64,000 nt of DNA from Patescibacteria group bacterium (GTDB lineage: Bacteria > Patescibacteriota > Patescibacteriia > JAHIZJ01). The notes below the pieces were generated by a model, which was not told the origin of the DNA, ran no database searches, and saw only the letters and a list, made by a program, of their open reading frames with translations. Positions within the stretch are counted from its first letter, which is position 1. Each line of letters begins with the position of its first letter. Made by a program: the position numbers and the translations under genes. Positions 1 through 9,243 of this stretch are shown in pieces. The DNA is taken from contig JAQTMH010000002.1 in the NCBI GenBank assembly GCA_028714495.1, positions 7,219 through 71,218 of the forward strand, in the 5' to 3' direction.

Positions 1-401
1 ATCTCTTCATCGTCTGCACCGCAACCATTGTCACCGTTCAGCATGGCGGCTTTATTGCCAAAATAATTCTCAACAGTTACACCATAATGCTGTGACCAAG
101 GATCGGTAATTAAATGACCAGCCGTATAACTTTGAAAATCGTCAGCATAAGGAATTCCCACGGTAGTAGTTGCTAATACGGGGGGCGTATTGTCTGGACT
201 GCAAAATTGTACTTCATTTTTAACGCCTTCATCTTCAAGGCTCGCCTCTCCCTTATAAACCTCCGTGGCTGTTTTATAAACAGCTTCTTCAGACGCGCTG
301 TGAGCGACTTGGGGTAAAATAAAGATGCTTAGACCGGAAAAATAAAATATCATTGCCAGCTGGGCCGTGATGTTAATTCCCTTGATCAATGTTCTTTTCA
401 T
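1..401 (-). CDS. Secreted protein, N-terminal part only (runs off the window start)
   Basis: Hand-translated from ATG 401: MKRTLIKGINITAQLAMIFYFSGLSIFILPQVAHSASEE..., signal-peptide-like; frame open to the window edge. Confidence 0.7.
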   Translation of the reverse strand, partial: MKRTLIKGINITAQLAMIFYFSGLSIFILPQVAHSASEEAVYKTATEVYKGEASLEDEGVKNEVQFCSPDNTPPVLATTTVGIPYADDFQSYTAGHLITDPWSQHYGVTVENYFGNKAAMLNGDNGCGADDEE

Positions 402-575
402 AAGATTTATTACTAATTTTATAAGATTAATATACTAAAAACTAACCACGCAATGGTTAGCTAATACTAGCCTAATTTGTTGGTAATGAATATTTTTCAA
501 ATCTCTCGGCATTTATATATCAAATTTGTACTGATATAGCTTAACGAATGTCCACCATTTTGTCAAGTAAAAATG

Positions 576-1124
576 CTATTTGTTCTCGGAAGGTGTTTCT
601 TCCTGATTATTTTTGTGGTCAGATTTTTTTGGCCGGAAAAGCAGCCAAACTCCGAACACAATCAAAAATACCGGCCAGACTGTCCAATCGGCGATGGTGG
701 CGAAAAATATTATCAAGCTGACAGCCAATAAAATCCAAGCCGGCACAAGATACCCACGGTTTCTCTCACCCAACAGATAGGGAGCGAAAAAGGCCAGTGA
801 AATAATCAGGGTGTAAACGAAGCCAGTGTCTCCTTCATATTTCCAATCAGTAAACGACTGGAAAAAGAAAAACGCGCCCAGGCCCAAAAGAATCGTTCCC
901 GGTATTAATACTCCTTCAATTCCCCGCTGGTGACGCTTCGAAAAATACAACAGCCAAAATCCCAGACCCGGCACTGCCAAAAATATCGGCCAAAAATCAC
1001 CCAGATTGATATTTACTCCCAGTTCGTTTAACAGTAATACAACGCCGATTAGAATAATAATTACCCCCCAGACTGGGCGCATATCAAATCGTTTTTTCAA
1101 CATGTCGTTGTCCATGGTTTTCAT
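576..1124 (-). CDS. Multi-pass membrane protein with LiaI/LiaF-like N-terminus
   Basis: GVIIILIGVVLLL...FWPIFL motif; about 6 hydrophobic segments. Confidence 0.75.
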   Translation of the reverse strand: MKTMDNDMLKKRFDMRPVWGVIIILIGVVLLLNELGVNINLGDFWPIFLAVPGLGFWLLYFSKRHQRGIEGVLIPGTILLGLGAFFFFQSFTDWKYEGDTGFVYTLIISLAFFAPYLLGERNRGYLVPAWILLAVSLIIFFATIADWTVWPVFLIVFGVWLLFRPKKSDHKNNQEETPSENK

Positions 1125-1217
1125 GATAAATGATTATACCTATATCATAGCGCATTAAACGTTTGATGAAAAGAAAAAGGGGCTCGCCGGAATTTGATTC
1201 CATTGAGCCCCACGCGC

Positions 1218-2159
1218 TTACTCGGTGAAGGGATTACTGATGATTCGATCGCGGACGATTCCGCTGAATACCTCGCGGAACAGTCCATTTGGATCAACCA
1301 CCAGCCGCGACAGATTACGTATGTCTGTGCCGCTCTGAACCTGGATCAGCTTGGAAGCGTCTCCGGTTGCCCAGACTGGCGTGGCCGGACTGGCAGTCAA
1401 CTCTCCGCCATTCTTGGTCATCACCAGACGCGCCTGGCGATTCACGCGCCGAAACACATTCGGATCATTCCGGTGGCTCCATATGCCCCCGGCTTCGCTC
1501 ATTCGCTCTAGGCGATAACGTGCAGACTTGAGCGGCGGTTTGACCGCGCTGAACCACGCGACTTCCCAGGGAACATCCGCTACTTGGGTATTCGGCGTGT
1601 AGATCATTCTTCCGGTCCGAGGACGATTCGGATCATAGGGCCGGATACCGTGTCCGCCTGCCTGGACGTGGAAGGTTGGCCGCTGGGTAGTCGGATCAAT
1701 CCAGAGAGGCCGCACATTGTAAGCCATCCGACTTCTGGTTTGGACCCTCGCTTCCTCACGCGCTCCGAAATACCACCAGGCATGGAATACTGATGCTCCG
1801 GCCACCACCTGATCCTTCTGAGAGTCATACACCACCATGATCCATTCCAGATCCTGGGGATGCGATCCCATGCTGAAGGGCAGGTAGTACTTCTGGTCAA
1901 TCGGGTGATACAGTTGATAGACTACATACCAGTACCGATTTCCCTGGATTACTTCATAGTAGATCCAGGCCGGCATTTGCGGGATTTTCAGGGCGACTGC
2001 TGGATTCTGCGCCACGTGACTCCAATCTCCTTGAAAATCAACGCGGGTTAGTGCGTCAACTCGCTGTACCTTCTGACTTGTCCCCCCTGTATCATGATAG
2101 ATCAGGGGCGAGCAGGTCCGGTACACGATGCTCCAAAGCGTCCTTTGCGTCAGTGCCAT
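1218..2159 (-). CDS. Hypothetical protein with NPP1/Vps62-like motif
   Basis: YYEV...YVVYQLYHP...GSHPQDLEWIMV resembles the H-x-x-D-W-E motif; start moved to ATG 2159 after SD AAAGGGGTG. Confidence 0.6.
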   Translation of the reverse strand: MALTQRTLWSIVYRTCSPLIYHDTGGTSQKVQRVDALTRVDFQGDWSHVAQNPAVALKIPQMPAWIYYEVIQGNRYWYVVYQLYHPIDQKYYLPFSMGSHPQDLEWIMVVYDSQKDQVVAGASVFHAWWYFGAREEARVQTRSRMAYNVRPLWIDPTTQRPTFHVQAGGHGIRPYDPNRPRTGRMIYTPNTQVADVPWEVAWFSAVKPPLKSARYRLERMSEAGGIWSHRNDPNVFRRVNRQARLVMTKNGGELTASPATPVWATGDASKLIQVQSGTDIRNLSRLVVDPNGLFREVFSGIVRDRIISNPFTE

Positions 2160-2361
2160 GGAACTCACCCCTTTCAGGTAAGGCGCCAAAAACTCGACTT
2201 CTCACGTTGAGAAGCTTGTATACTTGTCAAGGTTCAATCGAATAACAGAGCATATTATCACCTTTTGGATTGTTTGTCAATATCAGCCGATTAGACATCA
2301 GTACTCGAACCCAATACTCACTGAACCGGGTAAAAGACGATATGCTATAATTACCATATCT

Positions 2362-3807
2362 ATGGATCCAACGGAAAAAACAATTAAAGGGGAATCGCGG
2401 GAAAAATGGTATACCCAGGGTTTTAACGCGGTGCCGGCCTTTATTGTACCGAGCGCCTGGAGTGGTTTTACCATGAAATCAACACTTGGATTTGGCTATT
2501 CCAAGTTTCTTTTTCATTTCAAAAATGATTATTGCGAAATGCGTTACTTAAAATCTGATATGCGCCGTAACTGGCTGAAGATACAAAAAATATTGAAAGT
2601 AAAGCCCGACTATTTTATCAAAATGAGGCGACTTTATAAATCAAGATTTCAGGAATATCTGACGGCTTTTTCATCTATCGATCGTCAGAATTTGGCTTCA
2701 TTGTCCGATCGTGAACTTTTTAACATGCTTAAACGTTGCGTAGAAGCCCAGATTGAATCGGTTGGTACAAGCCATCTGATTGAATCAGCGGGTTCTGCCC
2801 TGGAAGCTGAATTTGCCAAACATCTTACCGAAATAGTTCGTGATAAAAAAAAGTTTAATCTATGCTTTAGTATCTTAACCACTCCCACGGCTCTTTCGTT
2901 TGTCAGCCGGGAAGAACGCGACTTGCTGAAAATTAAAAAACTTAAGTATGGACGAAGGAACGCGGCCCTGAAGAGACACTATTTTCAATATCATTGGATT
3001 CGCAACAGCTACGTTGAAGAAAAAAAACTGTCAGTGGAATATTTTTCACGCCGGCTAGACAAGCTTCAACCCGCATCAACCAATCTAGCGGCACCCCGGC
3101 GAAAAAAGGCAAAGCTGATAAAAAAACTTAGCTTAAACCGCTCCGCCGTCCAGCTGATCAAATGGATTGATACTTGCACGATCTGGCAGGACGAAAGAAA
3201 AGAAAACGTCTTACGCTCTATCACCTATCTGGGGCGCGTATTAAATGAGATTAGCCGCCGCTCAGGCCTTCCTCGTAATTATCTGCACAATCTTAGTTCA
3301 CTGGAAATGCTGAAATTAAGCTCGGTCCGTGAGATTATATCGCTAAAAAATATTTTAGCAAAACGTTCACGAGGCTGTTTTATCCTGGCTAAACCAACCA
3401 GTGAAATATTTTTCTACGGGAAGAATTACAATGCCTTAGGCCAAGTCAAGAAGATTTCCTCCCAATCTCTAGTCGCCTCCAGCGATGAACTTCATGCTAC
3501 CACCGCCAACGTGGGCACGGCGATTGGTCGAGTCATTGTCTGTAAAGGCCTTGAATCCCTGAAAAAAGTAAAGCCTGGAGATATAATAGTCACCTCTATG
3601 ACGCGACCGGAATTCGCTCCGGCATTAAAAAGAGCCGCCGCCATCATTACGGACGAAGGCGGAATTACCTGCCATGCCGCTATTGTTGCTCGTGAGCTGG
3701 GCATACCCTGCGTCATCGGCGCAAAAATTGCCACAAAATTATTTAGAGACGGTATGATTGTTGAGGTCAGGGCAAACCACGGAATAGTAAAAATACTGAA
3801 GTACTAA
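2362..3807 (+). CDS. PEP-utilising enzyme mobile-domain protein
   Basis: C-terminal GDIIVTSMTRPE...AIITDEGGITCHAAIVARELGIPCVIG phospho-His domain; start probably ATG 2362. Confidence 0.85.
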   Translation: MDPTEKTIKGESREKWYTQGFNAVPAFIVPSAWSGFTMKSTLGFGYSKFLFHFKNDYCEMRYLKSDMRRNWLKIQKILKVKPDYFIKMRRLYKSRFQEYLTAFSSIDRQNLASLSDRELFNMLKRCVEAQIESVGTSHLIESAGSALEAEFAKHLTEIVRDKKKFNLCFSILTTPTALSFVSREERDLLKIKKLKYGRRNAALKRHYFQYHWIRNSYVEEKKLSVEYFSRRLDKLQPASTNLAAPRRKKAKLIKKLSLNRSAVQLIKWIDTCTIWQDERKENVLRSITYLGRVLNEISRRSGLPRNYLHNLSSLEMLKLSSVREIISLKNILAKRSRGCFILAKPTSEIFFYGKNYNALGQVKKISSQSLVASSDELHATTANVGTAIGRVIVCKGLESLKKVKPGDIIVTSMTRPEFAPALKRAAAIITDEGGITCHAAIVARELGIPCVIGAKIATKLFRDGMIVEVRANHGIVKILKY

Positions 3808-3875
3808 ATCCCATCACAAAAACGGGCGGCTCGTAACCACCCGTTTAAATATGTTTTTATTTGGTTTTTCTAAAT

Positions 3876-5309
3876 TTATATTACGATAACCGGCGTGCCT
3901 ACATCCACCCGGTCATAGACGATTTTCGATGCTGGCACTGGCAAGCGCACGCAACCGTGTGAAACCTTGCGACCGAGATGGTTCTCGCCTTCGTAATAAA
4001 CACCGCCGCCTTTTAATCTCCAGAAAGGCAATCCGTGAATCCCGTGTCCTTTGCTGGTGAACGCCATCCAGTTCGGCATATAAAGCTGGTAGGGTTTTGA
4101 GTAGGCCAGAGGCGCCTTGCTTAAAACCTTGTAAGTTCCGTGGGGCGTGTCCATACCGGGTTTGCCCGTGGAAACGGGATACTCGGCTATTTTAATTCCA
4201 TTTTCGTAATAATATAGCATCTGTTTTTCAGTATTGATCTCGATGTATTTTGCCAGGTCAATCCTGCCTTCGGCGATCCGGCGTCCAGGCAAGGTAAGTA
4301 TTTCGGCTTTTGAATCGCCCTGGATATCAGCCGCGGCGACTGAAACACCGCCTCGAAAATTCGTTTCATAGGCAAAGAAGTTTAGACCGAGCGCCTTGCC
4401 GTCGCCCTCAAAAGCCCTCACTTGCGGCCCACCCCCGGCGTTGGCTCCGGCTAGAACTTCATCTAAGCCATCGCCGTCAATGTCACCGCTGGCAACATTC
4501 ACTCCGCCAAGAAAATTTTCCGGGAAAGCCAAAAAGTCCCCCAGGATGGTTTTTTGTTCATTGGTTTTATATACCCTCACCCAAGCTTTGCCGTAAGCGT
4601 GGATTCCCATTACTATTTCTTCCTCTGTTCCGCCGTCAACATTGGCGCAGGCAACCGATACTCCGCCCTGATCAGTCGTATTAAACGGCCGGAAATCTAA
4701 GCCGGTATATTTGCCGTAGCGATCAAAGACCCTTACGTGCGGCTGGCTATTTACCCCTGAACCTACGACAATCTCCTTCTTGCCGTTTCCATCCACATCG
4801 CAGGCAGCTACTTGAATGCCTCCGTTATAATCAGTGGCAAAAGCGAAAAAGCCGGGAGTGAACTTCTCTTTGCCGGCGCCATCAAATATCCTGACCTGAG
4901 CGCCACCGCGAAAACGTGGCGCCGTGATTATTTCTTCCTGGCCATCGCCATCAAGATCTCCGGTTGCTATCTCAATCCCGCCTTGAAAACTTTCCGGGTA
5001 GGCGTAAAAGTTTGTTATCGGCGATCCGTCCAAGCGAAAAGTTCTAACTTGAGGTCCGCCGTATGGGCCAGCGCCGACAATAATCTCTTTAACGCCATCA
5101 CCGCCTAGATCGCCTACGGCCATCGAACCGCCCCCTTTAAATGTTTTTTCAAAGGCATAAAACTCTTTAACATTCTTCAGGGTCGAGCTGTCTGTTATTT
5201 TTAACAGAGGCTCCCGGGTAGTCGAAGCCAGCGCCGGCTCGGCAAACAAAAAAGCCGTACCGGCAAAGGCACCGCCTAAAATAAAAAGGGTTACTAAAAA
5301 TCTTTTCAT
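3876..5309 (-). CDS. Secreted FG-GAP-repeat L,D-transpeptidase (YkuD domain)
   Basis: Signal peptide, repeated GDLDGDG/GPGGGPQVR units, C-terminal HG...SHGCVRL. Confidence 0.9.
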   Translation of the reverse strand: MKRFLVTLFILGGAFAGTAFLFAEPALASTTREPLLKITDSSTLKNVKEFYAFEKTFKGGGSMAVGDLGGDGVKEIIVGAGPYGGPQVRTFRLDGSPITNFYAYPESFQGGIEIATGDLDGDGQEEIITAPRFRGGAQVRIFDGAGKEKFTPGFFAFATDYNGGIQVAACDVDGNGKKEIVVGSGVNSQPHVRVFDRYGKYTGLDFRPFNTTDQGGVSVACANVDGGTEEEIVMGIHAYGKAWVRVYKTNEQKTILGDFLAFPENFLGGVNVASGDIDGDGLDEVLAGANAGGGPQVRAFEGDGKALGLNFFAYETNFRGGVSVAAADIQGDSKAEILTLPGRRIAEGRIDLAKYIEINTEKQMLYYYENGIKIAEYPVSTGKPGMDTPHGTYKVLSKAPLAYSKPYQLYMPNWMAFTSKGHGIHGLPFWRLKGGGVYYEGENHLGRKVSHGCVRLPVPASKIVYDRVDVGTPVIVI

Positions 5310-5347
5310 TGTTTTTTTGTTTTTGTTTTATGTCCTCTTAACCATAT

Positions 5348-5473
5348 GAGGCTGCGTGAGGGAAATCGGGGAAAGTGAGGCTAGGCATCGCAGTCTCTGG
5401 CGGACCCTTTGTGGGTCCTGAGGCTAGTATGACACCTAGCCTCTTTTTGTGTTTGTTTTGATTTCCCTCTGCT
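5348..5473. ncRNA. Candidate structured RNA or leader upstream of the L,D-transpeptidase
   Basis: GAGGGAAATC(5358)/GATTTCCCTC(5460) long-range pair, two GAGGCTAG copies for one CTAGCCTC, GGACCC/GGGTCC hairpin; minus-strand promoter TTGACA-17-TAATAT at 5505-5477. Confidence 0.45.
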
Positions 5474-5537
5474 ATAATATTAGCAGATATTTGGAGTTTT
5501 GTCAATCCCCCGCTCGCGGGCGGCTGGGTTGACCAAG

Positions 5538-6278
5538 CTATCCCCCATTTACATTTTTCAGCATAATAAATGAAATCATCGTCTCCAGTAATTTTGGTTT
5601 ATCTCGCCGGTTTGAAAAATATATTTTATCCAGGCAAAAGGTGCATTGTTTTGATAATCCAATGTTCTCTTTTTTAATTCCAGCAAATAAAAGCTGCTGG
5701 ACAATTATCCCTTCAAGATCAATAAAAATCTTTTCGCCTTTTTGTTCAATGCATTCTGAATAGGCCAGGTAGTGCGGTAAGGTTTCTGGTTTGATTTCGA
5801 AATGGCATTTACCAATACCCGGGCCAATCCCTACCAAAATATCTTTCTTCAAACTTTGGCAATAAATCGTGAGGGTTTTAATCAGATTGGGAACGACTCC
5901 GCCAACCACGCCTTTCCAACCGGCGTGCGCTAATCCGATGACTTTCTGAACCGGATCGTAAGCGTACACCGAAAAACAATCTGCGCTGGTAATCGCTAGC
6001 ACAACTCCGGTTAATTTTGTCACGACACCGTCAGCAACCGGCTGAGATTTTAATTCGTTTTGTTTATTTATAACCACAATGATGTTTCCATGCTCCATAT
6101 TTGGAAAAAATACCTGGTCAGAGTTAATCCCTTGCTTGCGAAAATAAACCTTCCGATTATTAAAATGCTCCGGTTTTGAGTAACCGGGCGTGGTATATCC
6201 CATTGAACCATCCGCTTGTTCAGTGATGCCGTAGACGATTTCTGGGTGCTTATTAAATAGATTAAATTTTAGGGGCAT
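5538..6278 (-). CDS. pgeF: YfiH/PgeF family protein (purine nucleoside phosphorylase-like)
   Basis: HG...ADGVVT...TSADC...HAGWKG...IGPGIG..HFE...CTFC...YFSNRR. Confidence 0.9.
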   Translation of the reverse strand: MPLKFNLFNKHPEIVYGITEQADGSMGYTTPGYSKPEHFNNRKVYFRKQGINSDQVFFPNMEHGNIIVVINKQNELKSQPVADGVVTKLTGVVLAITSADCFSVYAYDPVQKVIGLAHAGWKGVVGGVVPNLIKTLTIYCQSLKKDILVGIGPGIGKCHFEIKPETLPHYLAYSECIEQKGEKIFIDLEGIIVQQLLFAGIKKENIGLSKQCTFCLDKIYFSNRRDKPKLLETMISFIMLKNVNGG

Positions 6279-6307
6279 ACCAGGGTAGATTAATCAGACA
6301 ACCTATT

Positions 6308-6327
6308 AACCTTTTAACTAAAAGGTT
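6308..6327. repeat. 20-bp palindrome, copy 1 (AACCTTTTAACTAAAAGGTT)
   Basis: Same core as the copies at 24508, 34667 and 35037. Confidence 0.8.
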
Positions 6328-6389
6328 TTAATGATAAAATGTTTTACTGGCTTGCAATATTTATCCGAGTTTTGATATAATACACATGT

Positions 6390-6570
6390 TCTGGAGGGGC
6401 CTAGCCGTCCCTTCCAACCTCCGCCAGGGGTGTTCTTTCTCTCGGCTGCCGCCAGTTTTGGTGTGAGTAGTTGACCCTAGTCGCACGAGATTCCCGAAAT
6501 GGGAACCGCGCTAGTCGGTACCAAGCTCTGGGCACTCAGTACCCAACACCATTCTGGCGGCTCTTTTTTT
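6390..6570 (+). ncRNA. Candidate ~180-nt structured ncRNA
   Basis: TTGCAA(6352)-18-TATAAT(6376); 5' hairpin; GCCGCCAG/CTGGCGGC closing stem followed by a T-run; no ORF in the track. Confidence 0.55.
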
Positions 6571-7036
6571 ATTTTCCTGCTTCAAGGTAAATCGCTTGGC
6601 CCTTTTGAAGCGCTTCAAGACATTTTGGCAATCTCGTCTTAAAATTTTCGCTTAAGAGCCGTGAAGCTTCGTTTATCTCAACAAAGCGATATTCGCTTAT
6701 TTCATCTTTTGGAATTTTAATATTCTCAATTTGCCCGGGTTGTAGAATACCGCCGGAAAATATGAAATGTAGCGCTTCACTTTTTTCTTCTTTCGGATAA
6801 AAATAATCAACGCAGATAAATTCCAGCCGACCAAGCGACAATCCGGTTTCTTCTTTTACCTCTCTCAAACAGGCTTGCCTAGGAGATTCGTTTTCATCGG
6901 CTACGCCGCCAGGCAGCGACCAGTGATCTTTATATGTTGGCTTAACAATCAAAAGTCTCCCCTGCTCATCAAATATCAAAGCTCCGGCGCTGATTCTTTT
7001 TTTTGGTAAATTTTGATAGTAGTTTTTTATATCCAC
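6569..7036 (-). CDS. NUDIX hydrolase
   Basis: PGGVADENESPRQACLREVKEETGL Nudix box. Confidence 0.92.
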   Translation of the reverse strand: MDIKNYYQNLPKKRISAGALIFDEQGRLLIVKPTYKDHWSLPGGVADENESPRQACLREVKEETGLSLGRLEFICVDYFYPKEEKSEALHFIFSGGILQPGQIENIKIPKDEISEYRFVEINEASRLLSENFKTRLPKCLEALQKGQAIYLEAGK

Positions 7037-7105
7037 AGAGGATTCATCCCTTCCAAAGCATCCCCGAAAATTGAATTTTCGGGGACGTCATATAGTCTGC
7101 TAGTA

Positions 7106-7624
7106 CTAATTATTTCCACTAAATAATTTTATTGTTTTCTCGATTTCTTCTGGAATGCCCTTTATGCACTCGTACTTTTTTACTTCCTCCGCATTAACCC
7201 AGGCGTAATCTGAAAAAGCGCCATCTTCAGGTTTTGCTTCCCCGCTTTTATATTTCGCGGCGAATTTGACCAGAACCACTGGGATTTCATCAGGTCTGAC
7301 AAAGGCGACGCTGTTTATGTATTTTAAATCCCTTTCGATATCAACACCGCCCTCCTCTTTAACCTCTCTAACTAATAACTCTTCAACCGCGTTTTCATAA
7401 TCCAAAACATCGCCATTCAACCTTGTCGGTTTAGTGATATCCATCTGCCCCCATTCTAATTTACCGCCAGGCACGCAATATATGCCTGGATGCACTTTTT
7501 CCTGATTGCTCCGCTTGAGAATCAGGCATCTTTTATCGCTTTCTCGGTAAACCACAACATTCGCCACAAAGTAGAATAGTTTGTTTTCCTTGGCTTTTTG
7601 TAGACTTATTTTAGTTGCTGGCAT
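7106..7624 (-). CDS. NUDIX hydrolase with an insertion in the Nudix box
   Basis: PGGKLE...LVREVKEEGGV; start probably ATG 7624. Confidence 0.85.
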   Translation of the reverse strand: MPATKISLQKAKENKLFYFVANVVVYRESDKRCLILKRSNQEKVHPGIYCVPGGKLEWGQMDITKPTRLNGDVLDYENAVEELLVREVKEEGGVDIERDLKYINSVAFVRPDEIPVVLVKFAAKYKSGEAKPEDGAFSDYAWVNAEEVKKYECIKGIPEEIEKTIKLFSGNN

Positions 7625-7667
7625 ATAGTGTTTAATTGCCCTCTTTATTCTATGACGCTTTTTACTT

Positions 7668-8216
7668 TTATTTCCGCGTCCCGGAGAATTTGAATAGATT
7701 CTTAACAATCATTATTCCAAAAGCCGCGATTGTCGGGCTGTCTTTAATTAAACCCTTGATAATCATGTTCTGAAATTCTTTAAGCGTGGCTCTTTTCAAT
7801 TTCATCCCCTTTTCGCTTTCTTGCAATTCCCGCTTGCCCTGGGATAGCTTTGTAGCCAGAAAAACATGGCAAATTTGGGAAGCTAAGCCGGGGGCCAGGA
7901 ATAAGCGGCTTATTTCTCTTATCTTATGGGCGGTTAATCCGGTTTCTTCTCTTAACTCTTCCTTGGCGGTCTCGTTGATTGATTTATGCTCAAAGTGTCC
8001 CTGGGGAAATTCCCACGAGAATTTATCAACCGGATAGCGGTATTGCCCGACCAAAAATAAATGGCGTCCGTTCCAAGGGATAATCAGGGCGAATGGTTTT
8101 TTACGCACTACTCCAAAGGTAAATTTCTTTCCAAACTCCGTAACCACCCGATCTTCCGCAACCTCCATCCAGTTATTTCTATAGATTGTTTTTGATGAAA
8201 GTTTTTTCCATTTCAT
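7668..8216 (-). CDS. NUDIX hydrolase, ADP-ribose pyrophosphatase-like
   Basis: QYRYP...WEFPQG...AKEELREETGL, APG motif. Confidence 0.9.
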   Translation of the reverse strand: MKWKKLSSKTIYRNNWMEVAEDRVVTEFGKKFTFGVVRKKPFALIIPWNGRHLFLVGQYRYPVDKFSWEFPQGHFEHKSINETAKEELREETGLTAHKIREISRLFLAPGLASQICHVFLATKLSQGKRELQESEKGMKLKRATLKEFQNMIIKGLIKDSPTIAAFGIMIVKNLFKFSGTRK

Positions 8217-8219
8217 GAA

Positions 8220-9122
8220 CTAATAAATTAAATTAATTGGATCGCCCTTGATATAAGCTTCAATATTATCAATCATCATTTTGTTCCCCACCCGGTCAGT
8301 AACATCAGTGTTGTGAGCAATATGCGGAGTGGCTAGCACTTTCGAGTGTTTGGCATATTTTATGTATGATTCGTTATGGACATCACCGAACTGAATTGAA
8401 CCGCAGTCGCTGGCAATACCGGCCAGTTTTCCTTTATCTAGGGCTCCAAACATCGCTTTTTCATCATATATTTCCGAGCTTGTTACTGTGATAAAATACG
8501 AACCCTTTTTGAATGAATTGAAAAAATTCCTATCTAGCAGCCCTTTTGTACTTTCGTTTAAACTTAAAGCGTCAACCACAATATCAGCATCTTCTATTGA
8601 ATTGATTAAATCATCACCCCGAAGAAAAAATTTAACGTTCATATCGAATGATTCGCATATTTTACCAACTCTCGAACCAACATTTCCTTTACCTAAAATC
8701 GTGATATTCTTCCCGGTTAATCCTTTTGATGCCTCCGGTCGCCTAGTCTTCAAATTAAGAACATTGAGATAATTAGGCAATTCCCTAAACAAATTTAAAA
8801 TCATCGCAACTATCCACTCGCTAACAGCATCTTTATTACAGCCCGGACATCTGGATACTTTAATATTTCGAGCTTTTAATCTTTCGAGATCAAAAAATCC
8901 AACTCCTACAAAAGGTAAAGAAATAAAAATATCTTTTAGCTCATATACCTTTTGCTTTAAACCAAATTTTCCCGTACAAATAATATCAGCATTTTTACAT
9001 CTTTCTAGCCACTCGTCTGGTGTTTCGGCTAAGTCCTCATAATATTCAACTGTCCCTAATTTATTTAGTCTTTCCCTCTCCTCATTATTTAAATTTAAAT
9101 TTTGGGCGATTACGATTTTCAT
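8220..9122 (-). CDS. D-isomer-specific 2-hydroxyacid dehydrogenase family protein
   Basis: AVSEW, ILGKGNVG Rossmann motif, TPHIA. Confidence 0.88.
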   Translation of the reverse strand: MKIVIAQNLNLNNEERERLNKLGTVEYYEDLAETPDEWLERCKNADIICTGKFGLKQKVYELKDIFISLPFVGVGFFDLERLKARNIKVSRCPGCNKDAVSEWIVAMILNLFRELPNYLNVLNLKTRRPEASKGLTGKNITILGKGNVGSRVGKICESFDMNVKFFLRGDDLINSIEDADIVVDALSLNESTKGLLDRNFFNSFKKGSYFITVTSSEIYDEKAMFGALDKGKLAGIASDCGSIQFGDVHNESYIKYAKHSKVLATPHIAHNTDVTDRVGNKMMIDNIEAYIKGDPINLIY

Positions 9123-9140
9123 ATCATTTTATAAACGCTA

Positions 9141-9243
9141 TTATTTCCCATGACACCCCGCATAACTCCACTGTACCGATGGCTTAGCACTCTGGTACAG
9201 GGTCGTTTGTGGGACAAGCTTTTTAGTTTATTTCCCATGACAC
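9141..9243. repeat. 16-bp direct repeat of the secA 3' end enclosing a hairpin element
   Basis: TTATTTCCCATGACAC at 9141-9156 and 9228-9243, with CTGTACC...GGTACAG between them. Confidence 0.8.
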
